64,000 nt of DNA from Minisyncoccota bacterium (GCA_041688155.1 JBDNIW010000014.1:9517-73516); one strand, 5' to 3'; counted from the first letter of the stretch, positions 1 to 10,246 are shown. The notes: generated from the letters alone by a model not told the origin. Made by a program: numbers and translations.

Positions 1-275
1 CAAAGGGCTGATGAACTGATGGAGGAGAATTGTGACGGTGGACTTGGTCGTAGCTTCGGCAAAGGTGTTGTCCCCAATTGACAGACGCACCCTATTTGCG
101 GTCGCATCGGTTAGACCTTTGTCTGGGGATGATGTGAGCTCAGCCGCTAACGAGTCGACGCTGTTCGCCCAAGGATTCACGATTGGTTTGTATTGCTTCA
201 TAGGTAAGTATACTGATTGTATCAAACGGCTTGGATATCGCGCCTTGATTATACCTATGATACAATCGTACCCAT

Positions 276-971
276 ATGAAAAACCCATGGCTTATTTTTG
301 GAGGGATTATTGCAGTGCTGTTTATCGGGGCGTTTTATATCGCTGGCACGGCGGGTGACGCTAATAACGAAGGTGTTGAGGAGTTAACACACGTCAAAGG
401 CAACCCTGACGCAGCGGTAACACTGGTTGAGTACAGTGATTTCCAATGTCCAGCTTGTCGGGCGATGTATCCCATGGTCAATGAACTGATGGAGCAGTAC
501 GGTGAATCACTCCGGTTCGAGTACCGCCACTTTCCAATAGAGCGAGCGCACCCGTACGCGGTCCAAGCTGCGATGGCGGTGGAAGCGGCTGGTCAACAAG
601 GGAAGTTTTACGAATTTCACGATCTCGTGTTTGAAAACCAGCAAGTTTGGTCTCAAAGTCCAACGCCAAACGTACTGTTTGCGCAATATGCACAAGAGTT
701 AGAACTCGATATGGATATGTATCGTCGACACGCTAACGCAAGCCTGCTACGAGAAAAAGTCCGTGCGCAGCAACAGGAGGGACTAGAGATGGGTGTCACC
801 GGCACACCGACAATGTTCCTCAACGGTGAGCGAATGCAGTATGGTACCTATGAAGAATTTATCACTCAGATTGCGACCGCAATCGATCCCACAGCAGCCG
901 CAACCGTTCAGGCTGAGGATACAGCCGTGGTCGGCGAAACCGCTGGTGAACCAGTGCGGTTTGGGCTCTAA
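276..971 (+). CDS. DsbA-family thiol:disulfide oxidoreductase (thioredoxin fold)
   Basis: N-terminal hydrophobic anchor; CxxC active site 'FQCPACRAMYP'; ~230 aa typical of DsbA/BdbD. Confidence 0.8.
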   Translation: MKNPWLIFGGIIAVLFIGAFYIAGTAGDANNEGVEELTHVKGNPDAAVTLVEYSDFQCPACRAMYPMVNELMEQYGESLRFEYRHFPIERAHPYAVQAAMAVEAAGQQGKFYEFHDLVFENQQVWSQSPTPNVLFAQYAQELELDMDMYRRHANASLLREKVRAQQQEGLEMGVTGTPTMFLNGERMQYGTYEEFITQIATAIDPTAAATVQAEDTAVVGETAGEPVRFGL

Positions 972-1058
972 TGCTCAATTCTCTGCTACCAGTGGCTGGG
1001 TCACAAAAAGGTTGTCCGGTAGGTCGTATTAGTAATTTGGCAGTCTAAGTCGTCGAGT

Positions 1059-2333
1059 ATGGGAACAGCGGTTGATGTAGAGTGGTTCAAACAAATACAG
1101 CAAGTGTGCGCCGCGACAGAAGAGGTTGAGTGGCTGCAAAAAAACATGCAGATTATTGAGGAAGAGCGTGAGCAGTTTCTGGCTAACGAAATCGAAAACC
1201 CACAATTTACCTATAAACCCCCCACCCAAGCGACGGCGCTGATTGCTCAGGTGGAAGCGTTGGCTGCCACCATTGCCACCACCGAAACTAACCCCGTAGT
1301 AGCTGACCTGTACAAACACAAAATTGCAAACCAGATCACCCGGATTGGTCTGGCAGTCGCCTCTGGCGCTGGTAACGACAAAGACTTCTATACCCTGAGT
1401 TGTGTGCTCTACGGGAAACCGCGCAAAAAATATTTTGCCTATATCGCCAAGCAAGTGGTGGAGCAGTACAAGCAAGTCAACCAAGCTGGCGGCAGTGTTG
1501 GCAAACCACTCTATAAAATAGTATCCAAAATCGACACGACCAAAGTCGATATCAGTGCTGGCATTTTGCCTCCGCCGGTTGCAGAAGTGGAGCTGGTCGA
1601 GTCGGTCGCGCAAGCGGTGGCTATTTTTGAGCACGCTTTGCATAAACTAGAAATCACCGGTTGGCAAGTAGTGGTCGAGGAGCAGAGCAATCGGTCGCGG
1701 TTTTCGGTTAGTGCGCATAACAAGCGGGTATTTGTACCAAACCAAACCCAGCTGGATCGCCGCGGTAAAAAAATGACTACAGTTCAGCTTGAGGGTATTG
1801 TTGAGCATGAGATCGGCGTGCACGCCAACCGCGCTAATGCTGGCAGCAACAGCCAGCTACAGTTGTTGGGTATCGGTCTTGATTCTTACCTCAGAGGGGA
1901 GGAGGGTTTGGCAAGCTACGTCCAGCAGCAGGTGGAAGGCGCCCAAGAGTTCTACGGGTTTGATCGATACTTGGCCGCGTCGCTCGCTGTGGGGATGGAC
2001 GGGAGTAAGCGGGACTTCCGCGGGGTGTTTGAGTTGATGGTGGCGTACTATCAGTTGCAGTTTGCGTCTACTGGCCAAAAACCGTCATATAATAGAATTC
2101 AAAATGCGGCTTGGGAAGTGTGTCTGCGGGTATTTCGCGGTACTACTGGACAAACGCCAGGATGTGTCTACACTAAAGACATCGTCTATCTAGAAGGTAA
2201 CATCGGTATCTGGCATTTCTTGTCGGATAAGCCGCACACGTTCCCAGCTTTTTTTGTTGGTAAATACAACCCGTTATTACCAAGACACGTCAAGGCGCTG
2301 CAGACATTGGGGATTATTACACAAGACTGGTAA
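1059..2333 (+). CDS. DUF1704 / 'QEGLA-motif' family protein with HExxH (putative metallopeptidase-like)
   Basis: 'GEEGLASY' (QEGLA-like) and 'VEHEIGVHANRA' (HExxH) motifs; 424 aa; sits first in conserved 3-gene cluster. Confidence 0.65.
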   Translation: MGTAVDVEWFKQIQQVCAATEEVEWLQKNMQIIEEEREQFLANEIENPQFTYKPPTQATALIAQVEALAATIATTETNPVVADLYKHKIANQITRIGLAVASGAGNDKDFYTLSCVLYGKPRKKYFAYIAKQVVEQYKQVNQAGGSVGKPLYKIVSKIDTTKVDISAGILPPPVAEVELVESVAQAVAIFEHALHKLEITGWQVVVEEQSNRSRFSVSAHNKRVFVPNQTQLDRRGKKMTTVQLEGIVEHEIGVHANRANAGSNSQLQLLGIGLDSYLRGEEGLASYVQQQVEGAQEFYGFDRYLAASLAVGMDGSKRDFRGVFELMVAYYQLQFASTGQKPSYNRIQNAAWEVCLRVFRGTTGQTPGCVYTKDIVYLEGNIGIWHFLSDKPHTFPAFFVGKYNPLLPRHVKALQTLGIITQDW

Positions 2334-2335
2334 CT

Positions 2336-3271
2336 ATGGACAATATGTATAAAACTATGTTGATGGGAGTGGGACTACTGATAATGGGGCCGACGCTCAT
2401 GCACGCACAGTATGACTTTGCGAGTGATCAACCTGCTGCTACTGAGTCGACCTCCAGTATCACAGCTGCGACCACGACTGTCGCTTCAACCACGCTGTTA
2501 AACCTGATCGGTCAAAGTGTAAACGCCAACCAGCAAAACAACCTCACTCAAGCCGAAGAGCTACCCGAAAAAGTCGCGATTATTTCGCTGTTTGATACGC
2601 GCTTAGTGACGGAACCGTCGGGACTCAATATATTTGCCTACTGGGTCCAGGAAGCGGTGCGGATGGGGATTCCGGCTAACACGATATTTCTGATTCTGTT
2701 GACGCCATTTCTAGCACTGCTGGTCAGCTTTACGCGGGTAGTGATTGGGTTGCCAACACTTGATATGCTGGTGCCAATTGCGTTGGCATTTGCGCTCGTG
2801 GCGGTTGGTATCACCATTGGGCTGTTTGTCTTGCTGGCGATTATTTTGGCGTCGTTTATCGCCAAACGCAGTCTGTCCAGCCTCAAAATCATGTTTTATC
2901 CCAAGCGGTCGTTCTCGATGTTGTTCTTGGCGATTGCGGTGTTTGCCGCTTTAACGTTTGGTGCCATTTTAGATTTAGACCGGATTTTGACGGTGTCGAT
3001 TTTCCCGATTTTGATTTTGATGTTACTGGGCGACTTGATTGTGTCGGTGCAGCTGCACAAAAGCGCCCAAGAGACATTTCTCATCACGGGTACGACGGTG
3101 TTGCTGGGGATTATTGGCTACTTTGCGGCTACCAGTCAATTGATTCAGAATACCCTAATTCTGTACCCAGAAATCCTGCTGTTGGTGATCCCGCTCAACA
3201 TACTAGTGGGTCGGTACTTTGGACTACGGGTGCTAGAGCTGTTTCGATTCAATAACGTGTCGACTGATTAG
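2336..3271 (+). CDS. polytopic (about 7-TM) membrane protein, partner of ATP-grasp/QEGLA cluster
   Basis: signal peptide, Ser/Thr-rich ectodomain, then multiple hydrophobic helices; 3-nt spacing to flanking genes. Confidence 0.6.
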   Translation: MDNMYKTMLMGVGLLIMGPTLMHAQYDFASDQPAATESTSSITAATTTVASTTLLNLIGQSVNANQQNNLTQAEELPEKVAIISLFDTRLVTEPSGLNIFAYWVQEAVRMGIPANTIFLILLTPFLALLVSFTRVVIGLPTLDMLVPIALAFALVAVGITIGLFVLLAIILASFIAKRSLSSLKIMFYPKRSFSMLFLAIAVFAALTFGAILDLDRILTVSIFPILILMLLGDLIVSVQLHKSAQETFLITGTTVLLGIIGYFAATSQLIQNTLILYPEILLLVIPLNILVGRYFGLRVLELFRFNNVSTD

Positions 3272-3273
3272 GT

Positions 3274-4563
3274 ATGGCCATCAGTCAAGCATTGCTCGGG
3301 ATGAACGCCCGCAACTACCTCTATATCAGACAGCTCAACCGGCGCAACCATAAACTGGTGGCTGATGATAAACTACTCACCAAACAGATTTTGCTCAAAA
3401 ACGGCGTCGCCACTGACCCGATTTTAGCGCATTTCAAAACCCTGCAAGACGTGCGGACATTTGACTGGACCAGCTTGCCGACTGACTTTGTACTCAAACC
3501 ATCCCACGGGTACGGTGGGCGCGGGATAACCATCATTCGGGATTGGAACGGTGTGTCAGGGACTATCAGCAATGGCCAAACGGTGACTGAGATAGACGTC
3601 GAACGGATGGTGTTTGGTGCGCTTGATGGGGAACATTCACTCAACAATTTACCAGACACGGTGTTTATCGAAAACCGAATCATTCCGCACGCTTTTTTCA
3701 AAAAATACGTTCAGTCTGGCGTACCCGACATCCGGGTGATTGTCTGCAACAAAGTGCCAGTGATGGCGATGATGCGCTTACCAACTGTGTACTCCGACGG
3801 AAAGGCTAATTTGCACCTAGGCGCACTTGGGATCGGGATTGATATGCGCACGGGGATTACGACGTTTGGTACGTTGCACAACAAACTAGTGGACTACATT
3901 CCCAAAACTAAAATCAAAGTCCGGGGGCTCAAAATCCCCGACTGGGAGACTATCCTTGAGACGTCAGTGGCGGCACAGGTGAGTTCCAAGTTAGGGTTTG
4001 CGGGGATTGACATCGTGCTTGATAACGCGCGCGGCCCGTTGGTGCTAGAGATCAACGCCCGCCCAGGACTGAGTATTCAGATTGCTAATCAAGCCTCGCT
4101 GCGGACGAGACTCGAACGTATCGCTGACCTCAAAGTGCCGTCGGTCGAGCGTGGCGTTGAACTGGCCAAACAGCTGTTCGCTGAGCAGCAGCTCGAGGAC
4201 GTCAAGTCAGAAGACCGGGTGTTGGGGGTGATTGAAAAAATCGTCATCTATGGCAGCAAAAAGAAAAAAACCGTCCGGGCCAAAGTCGATACCGGCGCAT
4301 ATCGTACGTCAATTGATAGTGATTTGGTTGAAGAGTTGGGGCTCGATGCGCGCAACAAGTTCGTTCGCGTACGCTCAGGCAGCGGTCGCCAAAAGCGGCG
4401 TACAGTCGCGGTACGATTCAAAATGAAAGGCAAGGAGATTGATTCGATAGCCACGTACACCCCCCGCGACCACCTGCGCTTCCCAGTGATTATCGGACGG
4501 CGTGACATGAAAGGGTTCGTGGTTGACCCCAATGATATCCCCGCCGGCGTCACGGTGAGATAA
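3274..4563 (+). CDS. ATP-grasp (RimK / alpha-L-glutamate-ligase-like) domain fused to C-terminal retropepsin-like aspartyl protease domain
   Basis: ATP-grasp-like N-terminal ~300 aa; C-terminal 'RAKVDTGAYRTSID' (D-T-G-A aspartic protease signature) resembling RimK-associated 'putative ATP-dependent zinc protease' retropepsin fold. Confidence 0.7.
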   Translation: MAISQALLGMNARNYLYIRQLNRRNHKLVADDKLLTKQILLKNGVATDPILAHFKTLQDVRTFDWTSLPTDFVLKPSHGYGGRGITIIRDWNGVSGTISNGQTVTEIDVERMVFGALDGEHSLNNLPDTVFIENRIIPHAFFKKYVQSGVPDIRVIVCNKVPVMAMMRLPTVYSDGKANLHLGALGIGIDMRTGITTFGTLHNKLVDYIPKTKIKVRGLKIPDWETILETSVAAQVSSKLGFAGIDIVLDNARGPLVLEINARPGLSIQIANQASLRTRLERIADLKVPSVERGVELAKQLFAEQQLEDVKSEDRVLGVIEKIVIYGSKKKKTVRAKVDTGAYRTSIDSDLVEELGLDARNKFVRVRSGSGRQKRRTVAVRFKMKGKEIDSIATYTPRDHLRFPVIIGRRDMKGFVVDPNDIPAGVTVR

Positions 4564-4583
4564 ACCCGTGTTACTATTGTGGT

Positions 4584-5330
4584 ATGTTTCGGACGCGCGA
4601 TTTTGTACTGCTGTTTTCTGCCATCATGTTTTTGGTTTTGGCTATTGGGACGACGCTGCTGACGCAGGGTCGGTCCGCTAGTACGATTGCGGTCCCGTTT
4701 GAGCCAGGGGTAGAGTCTGATGTCAGGTACGTTGCAACTATTGCGCCGTCAGATCAGCTCAATCGGGCAGAGCGGGTAGCGGATATGCGCGCCAAAATCT
4801 CGCAAGAGGCGTTTGTCTATGAACCAGCACCTGAGGTCATCGTAGCTACCAACCCGGCCACTAGTACTGAAGAATCTACAGACGTGGTTACAACTGGCGC
4901 GGTGGAGTGTGCAACCTACCAACCATATCTCGGGTTCTGGGACGCCCGCGGGTTGACCCTCACCCTGGCTGCAGGCACCAGGATGCTGACTCGAGCTACC
5001 GCTGCTACCTCTTCCAGTCTAGAGGTGATACTACAATTGCCAATTGGGTCACAACCAAGTGGTAACCCAACTTGTCTCCAGTCTGATGTTATCGGGATTG
5101 CCAACGATGGATCGTTGATCCGTAACGACGAAGTCGCTTTGTATAGTATTTTTGGAGCCGAAACAGTTATCGGCTACGCATTGGATGGATTTCCAATCTA
5201 TGGTGCCGGTGCCGGTGTAGCGGATGCTTGTAGCGGTCGGTTAGTAGCTGGGCAGTTTCGGTATGAAATACAGCGAGGTGGTGTGACCATTATTAACTGT
5301 TTTGCGGCTACGCCGGTAACTCTCCCGTAG
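4584..5330 (+). CDS. hypothetical membrane-anchored protein
   Basis: N-terminal TM helix then Thr/Ala/Gly-rich domain; no recognised motif. Confidence 0.5.
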   Translation: MFRTRDFVLLFSAIMFLVLAIGTTLLTQGRSASTIAVPFEPGVESDVRYVATIAPSDQLNRAERVADMRAKISQEAFVYEPAPEVIVATNPATSTEESTDVVTTGAVECATYQPYLGFWDARGLTLTLAAGTRMLTRATAATSSSLEVILQLPIGSQPSGNPTCLQSDVIGIANDGSLIRNDEVALYSIFGAETVIGYALDGFPIYGAGAGVADACSGRLVAGQFRYEIQRGGVTIINCFAATPVTLP

Positions 5331-5331
5331 T

Positions 5332-6060
5332 ATGGCGACGCTAGTGTTTGATATCGAAACCGTGGGTCAAGATTGGGATACTATCCCCGAATCAACCCAG
5401 TACGCGCTGACCAAATGGATTGGTCAGCAACCAGTGAGCGATGAAGAGAAAGATCGGCAAAGTGAAGCGGTCAAAGAAAAACTTGGTTTGTCACCCTTTA
5501 CCGCCGAAGTCATCTCGCTGGCGATGTACGACCTGGAACGCCAGCAAGGCGCCGTGTATTTTGTGGCTGATGATTCGGTGAGAGATTACGGTGTCGGTGA
5601 CTGGAAATACAAAGTGCGCACCGAGCAACAGTTACTCGAAGATTTCTGGGAGACCGCCCGCAGCTACGACGTGTTTGTCACGTTCAACGGCCGTTCGTTT
5701 GATATACCATTCCTTCTGCACCGTTCATTGATACAAGGAGTGCGTCCGACCAAAGAGTTGACTGGACAACGGTACCTCAATCGGCAAAGTCCGCCGTACC
5801 ACATCGATTTGCTTGATGAGCTATCATTTTACGGTGCGATGCAACGCCGCCCGTCGTTACAGCTGTTGTGCGATGCCTACAACATCCCCTACGAAAAAGC
5901 GGGTATGGGAGGTGAGGACATCACCGAGTATTACATGAATAAAAAATATCGTGATATCGCCGAGAAAAACGCCGCTGATGTAGTCGCGACGACAGCCTTG
6001 TTTCAAAAATGGAAAACCAACCTAGCTCCTGCAAGTTTTATCAATGCAGTGGAATTTTAG
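5332..6060 (+). CDS. RNase H-like 3'-5' exonuclease (PolB-exonuclease-like / DEDDy family)
   Basis: 'LVFDIETVG' (Exo I DxE), 'FVTFNGRSFDIPFL' (Exo II), 'YHIDLLDE' (Exo III YxxxD). Confidence 0.6.
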   Translation: MATLVFDIETVGQDWDTIPESTQYALTKWIGQQPVSDEEKDRQSEAVKEKLGLSPFTAEVISLAMYDLERQQGAVYFVADDSVRDYGVGDWKYKVRTEQQLLEDFWETARSYDVFVTFNGRSFDIPFLLHRSLIQGVRPTKELTGQRYLNRQSPPYHIDLLDELSFYGAMQRRPSLQLLCDAYNIPYEKAGMGGEDITEYYMNKKYRDIAEKNAADVVATTALFQKWKTNLAPASFINAVEF

Positions 6061-6123
6061 CGAAGGCGCTAATTTGTCCCACACTTGAGGTAGGACAAAT
6101 TAGTAGTTTGCTATAATTTCAAT

Positions 6124-6756
6124 ATGAAAAATATTCTCGCCTTACTCGCTGACTGGGCTAATGGCTTGTTTGCTGTCCTGATTGCGTCGTGGTGGTTTGG
6201 GGTTGAGCCACTCTGGTGGCACTTTGCTATTGGGCTAGTGTTATCACATGCACCAGATCTAGATGCAATCCCAGAGCTACTCAGGCGCGGCCGCGTAGCT
6301 GCTAGTGCTGAGCACCCACATGATCACCGCGAGGCACTACACTATCCAATCATCTTGATTACGCTGGCTGTGCTAGTCGCGTACTTTATTCCGTACTGGG
6401 GAACAATTTTCTTGGTAGCGGTCGCACTACATCTCATAAATGATTTATATGGAACTGGCTGGGGAATTAAATTATTTTGGCCACTGTCAAAAAAGAACTA
6501 CAAACTGCTTGGTCGACGGGTTAATCGTCTAGAGTACATACTTAAATCTGATGGAGATTGGGAGCAACAACCTGAATCAGAGCGAAAGCTTCGTTGGTTG
6601 GTATCTTGGTCGCCAGAAGAATTACCTGGCTACATGACGCGGTGGGGAATTGACGACTGGATTCCCAAATACTACGGCACTTTGAACCGTATTTCGGCAG
6701 TTGAATACTCATTATTTCTACTAGCGATTATTTTGACTGGGCTGGCTCTGGTATAG
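6124..6756 (+). CDS. membrane-bound metal-dependent hydrolase (YdjM/DUF457-like)
   Basis: several TM helices with conserved His/Asp ('LSHAPDLD', 'EHPHDHRE'). Confidence 0.5.
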   Translation: MKNILALLADWANGLFAVLIASWWFGVEPLWWHFAIGLVLSHAPDLDAIPELLRRGRVAASAEHPHDHREALHYPIILITLAVLVAYFIPYWGTIFLVAVALHLINDLYGTGWGIKLFWPLSKKNYKLLGRRVNRLEYILKSDGDWEQQPESERKLRWLVSWSPEELPGYMTRWGIDDWIPKYYGTLNRISAVEYSLFLLAIILTGLALV

Positions 6757-6765
6757 TAGGGTCAT

Positions 6766-7992
6766 ATGCAACGAGATTTTCCGGAGGGATTTTACTGGGG
6801 GGCGGCAACCGCTTCGTATCAGGTTGAGGGTGGGATTGATGACTGCGACTGGGCTGAAGGCGCCCGCGAGGGTAGGGTGCCGGTATGTGGGCGAGCGTGT
6901 GACCACTATAACCGGTACGAGGCGGATTTTGATTTAGCGGTAGAACTTGGGCACACCGCCCACCGGTTCTCGATTGAGTGGGCACGGATTGAACCGGAGG
7001 AAGGCGTGTTTGATCGTGAAGAAATTGAGCACTATCGTCAGGTGTTACAAGCGCTGAAAAGTCGTAACATCAAGCCGTTTGTGACGCTCTGGCACTTCAC
7101 CCAGCCACTGTGGTTCTCGCAATCAGGTGGATTTGAGCGAGTGGATTCACCGGAGGTGTTTGCCCGCTACGCCCAGTTTGTGGTAGAGCAGCTTGGTGAT
7201 TTATGTGACCATTTCTCGACTATGAACGAGCCAAATGTGTTTGGCAGTAACGGCTGGCTGCGTGGAAATTGGCCACCGTTTAAACGGTTTGCGTTGACTG
7301 ATTTAGTATCAATAACTAACTCAGGCAATAATTTTGAAGATAGGGCGCAAAAGGGATTTAAAAACCTGTTTCTATATCGTCGAGTGATGAAACACCTGGC
7401 CCAGTCACACAATGCAGCGTACCGAGCCATTAAGAAAGTTTCTCCTCAGACTGAGGTGAGTGTGGTTAAACACGTAATTGTGTTTGCTACCAACAAGAAT
7501 CCGGTTAACGCTATCAAAGCCGCTGTAGCCAATTATGCCTGGACACGAGTGTTTATGAATCGAACGCACAAATATTGCGACTCGATTGGTCTCAACTACT
7601 ATTTTTATACGCAGTTTGGTGACAAGCGTGACTGGAGAAAGACTGACATGGATTGGAACTTTGCCCCAGATCACATCTATGAGGCGCTGATGATGTTAGC
7701 CCGGTATAACAAGCCGTTGTTTGTATCAGAAGCTGGTATTGCAGACCACGACGACTCTGATCGAGCAGAATACATTACCAAACAAGTTGCAGGGGTTCGC
7801 CGTGCAATTGCTGATGGGGCTGACGTTCGTGGGCACCTCTATTGGTCACTGATGGACAATTACGAGTGGGCGCTTGGGTTTGAAAAGCAGTTTGGTCTAA
7901 TTCACATCAATTACGACACCCTTGAACGGGAAATCCGGCCCAGTGCGTGGGTGTATAAAGACCTGATTGAGCGGTACAGCAAGGTAGAATAA
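6766..7992 (+). CDS. glycoside hydrolase family 1 (beta-glucosidase-like)
   Basis: N-terminal 'FPEGFYWGAATASYQVEGG', acid/base 'TMNEPNVF', nucleophile region 'FVSEAGIAD'. Confidence 0.85.
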   Translation: MQRDFPEGFYWGAATASYQVEGGIDDCDWAEGAREGRVPVCGRACDHYNRYEADFDLAVELGHTAHRFSIEWARIEPEEGVFDREEIEHYRQVLQALKSRNIKPFVTLWHFTQPLWFSQSGGFERVDSPEVFARYAQFVVEQLGDLCDHFSTMNEPNVFGSNGWLRGNWPPFKRFALTDLVSITNSGNNFEDRAQKGFKNLFLYRRVMKHLAQSHNAAYRAIKKVSPQTEVSVVKHVIVFATNKNPVNAIKAAVANYAWTRVFMNRTHKYCDSIGLNYYFYTQFGDKRDWRKTDMDWNFAPDHIYEALMMLARYNKPLFVSEAGIADHDDSDRAEYITKQVAGVRRAIADGADVRGHLYWSLMDNYEWALGFEKQFGLIHINYDTLEREIRPSAWVYKDLIERYSKVE

Positions 7993-7998
7993 AGCGTA

Positions 7999-8931
7999 AT
8001 GGGCTGGATACTACTTGCGTCGGCCGGACAGGTTTTGAACGCCATCGTCGCGATTCTCGACAAATACATCGTTTCGGATGATAACGCGTTGCCGCGGCCG
8101 TTTGTGTACGCGTTTTATTCTTGTTTGCTGACTGGTGGGTGGGCGTTTGTTTATTTGATTGGCGTGGTACCTGGTTTGCATGAGTTGGGGGCACCGTCGT
8201 ATAAAGAAATCCTAGCACCGACGTTGAACGTGGTGGCGCTGGCGTTCCTCGCGGCCTACACGTTTTTTATGGCGCTGGTGTCGATGTACATAGCCCTTAA
8301 GCAAGCTGACGCTAGCAATGTGATGCCCATCATTGGGTCAGTCTCAGCGCTGTCAGCCTTTGGGATGAGTTACTTATTTCTAGACGCGGCCTTGTCGAGT
8401 AACTTTATCTGGGGGATCATCATTCTCGCTGCTGGGACACTGCTCGTCGCACAGACGCTCCCCAAAGTAGGTGTCATCATGCACGTGGCGCACTCGGGGT
8501 TATTTTTCGGGTTGCATGCAATCACGATGAAAGGTTTATTTTTGGAAACTAGTTTCGACGATGGGTTTTTTTGGTCACGGGTCGGATTCGTGTTGTTTGC
8601 ACTATCACTCCTGCTCGTACCAACCTACTACCACAAAATCACCGAGCAAACCAAGGGCACCACCAAAAAAACTGGAGTGATTGTACTACTGACCAAAGTG
8701 TTGGCTGGGGTAGCAGCATTTATGCTACTCAAAGCCACTGACCTCGGTGAAGTGTCAGTCGTGCAAGCGCTCGATGGGCTTAAATTTGTGTTTATTTTGG
8801 TGATAAGTATTGTGTTTGCACACTACTTGCCTAATAGCGCAACTGACCGCGACACCAGACCAGGGACGGTGTTTCGCAAACTACTGTTTGTGATTGTGAT
8901 CATGGTTGGGTTTGTGATGTTGCTTGCATGA
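7999..8931 (+). CDS. polytopic membrane protein, DMT/EamA-like transporter (tentative)
   Basis: about 10 predicted TM helices in two halves; no soluble domain. Confidence 0.45.
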   Translation: MGWILLASAGQVLNAIVAILDKYIVSDDNALPRPFVYAFYSCLLTGGWAFVYLIGVVPGLHELGAPSYKEILAPTLNVVALAFLAAYTFFMALVSMYIALKQADASNVMPIIGSVSALSAFGMSYLFLDAALSSNFIWGIIILAAGTLLVAQTLPKVGVIMHVAHSGLFFGLHAITMKGLFLETSFDDGFFWSRVGFVLFALSLLLVPTYYHKITEQTKGTTKKTGVIVLLTKVLAGVAAFMLLKATDLGEVSVVQALDGLKFVFILVISIVFAHYLPNSATDRDTRPGTVFRKLLFVIVIMVGFVMLLA

Positions 8932-9982
8932 TAATATATATATTATGTGGAAGAAACTACTGATTGGATTATTGATTATCATACTACTCTTGGGGTTTGC
9001 CGTATTACTGCTGGCTCAGAAAGAAAAACCAGCAGAAATAATCTACGGCATGTCGTTCAACACACCGTATGCCCGGGAGTTAGGGTTAGAGTGGAATGAG
9101 ACGTATGACGCCATCCTTGATGATTTGGGTGTGCGCCATCTGCGTTTGGCGGCGCACTGGCCAATGGTGGAACCAATCCCAAACGTCTATAATTTTGAGG
9201 AATTAGACTACCAGATAAAGCGGGCCGAGGAGGTGGGTGCTGAAGTGATATTTGCCGTCGGCCGCCGACTGCCTCGTTGGCCAGAGTGTCATACCCCTGA
9301 CTGGGCGAACAGCTTGACGCTGGCAGAGCGCAACGCCGCCCAAATTCGTTCGATGGAAGTAATTGTCAATCGCTACAAAGACAGTCCGGCTATCACAACC
9401 TGGCAGGTAGAAAATGAGCCGTTTTTGGCAGTGTTCGCATTTGAACATTGCGGGCAACTTGATGTGTCGTTCTTGGACCAGAAAATCGCCAAGCTGCGAG
9501 AACTTGATCCCACTCGACCAATTCTGGTTACTGATAGTGGGAACTTGGGATTATGGTACCAGGCTTACACCCGGGGAGATCAGTTTGGTACCAGTGTGTA
9601 TGTGCATTTTTGGAACCCGGAGCTGGGACAGTTCCGGACCTGGCTACCGCCCTGGTTCTACCGCGCCAAAGACAACTTGATGGGGGTGCTGTTCGGCGAG
9701 AAGGAAACCATCTTGGTCGAACTGTCGGCTGAGCCGTGGTTACTGGAACCGATTGTTGACGTGCCACTTGATGTCCAGTTTACTCGGATGAATCTACAGA
9801 AATTAGAAGATATCTTGACCTACGCCGAAGGTACCTATTATGAGCGGCAATATCTCTGGGGGGCTGAGTGGTGGTACTGGTTATATCTCCAAGACCGACC
9901 AGAGATGTGGGAGCGCGGCAAGAAACTATTCCCGGCTGCGACCACAACCAGCCTGGTCGCTAGTGAGCAGTTGGTACAATAG
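8924..9982 (+). CDS. clan GH-A (TIM-barrel, cellulase-like) glycoside hydrolase with N-terminal membrane anchor
   Basis: TM anchor then 'QVENEPF' (NEP acid/base motif of clan GH-A) and Trp-rich barrel; exact family not assignable. Confidence 0.5.
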   Translation: MHDNIYIMWKKLLIGLLIIILLLGFAVLLLAQKEKPAEIIYGMSFNTPYARELGLEWNETYDAILDDLGVRHLRLAAHWPMVEPIPNVYNFEELDYQIKRAEEVGAEVIFAVGRRLPRWPECHTPDWANSLTLAERNAAQIRSMEVIVNRYKDSPAITTWQVENEPFLAVFAFEHCGQLDVSFLDQKIAKLRELDPTRPILVTDSGNLGLWYQAYTRGDQFGTSVYVHFWNPELGQFRTWLPPWFYRAKDNLMGVLFGEKETILVELSAEPWLLEPIVDVPLDVQFTRMNLQKLEDILTYAEGTYYERQYLWGAEWWYWLYLQDRPEMWERGKKLFPAATTTSLVASEQLVQ

Positions 9983-10246
9983 CTCTGGCGATATTATTGA
10001 AGTAGTAATGAATTATGAAAGACTTCTTCCGGTTTGCGTTTAGTTTCCTGTACACCCGTAATTGGCACACCGGTCAACAAGCACTATCTAACTCAAGGTT
10101 AGTTATTCTTGCTTGCACAGTCAGTTTTGTGGTGATTGCCATGGTACTGATTGGATTTTTGCAGGCGCCGATTGAGGTGACGGCCATCTAAAACTAGGGG
10201 TTCTATGCTAGTATATGACTATATTTAACCGTTAATCCGACTGTGT

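Noticed and set aside
32-358. 108-aa ORF at window start overlapping the dsbA upstream region
   Set aside because: It overlaps the 5' end of the strongly supported DsbA gene in another frame and shows no domain features. Bases 1-78 may instead be the tail of an upstream gene (frame-1 stop at 76-78), but that is too short to call.
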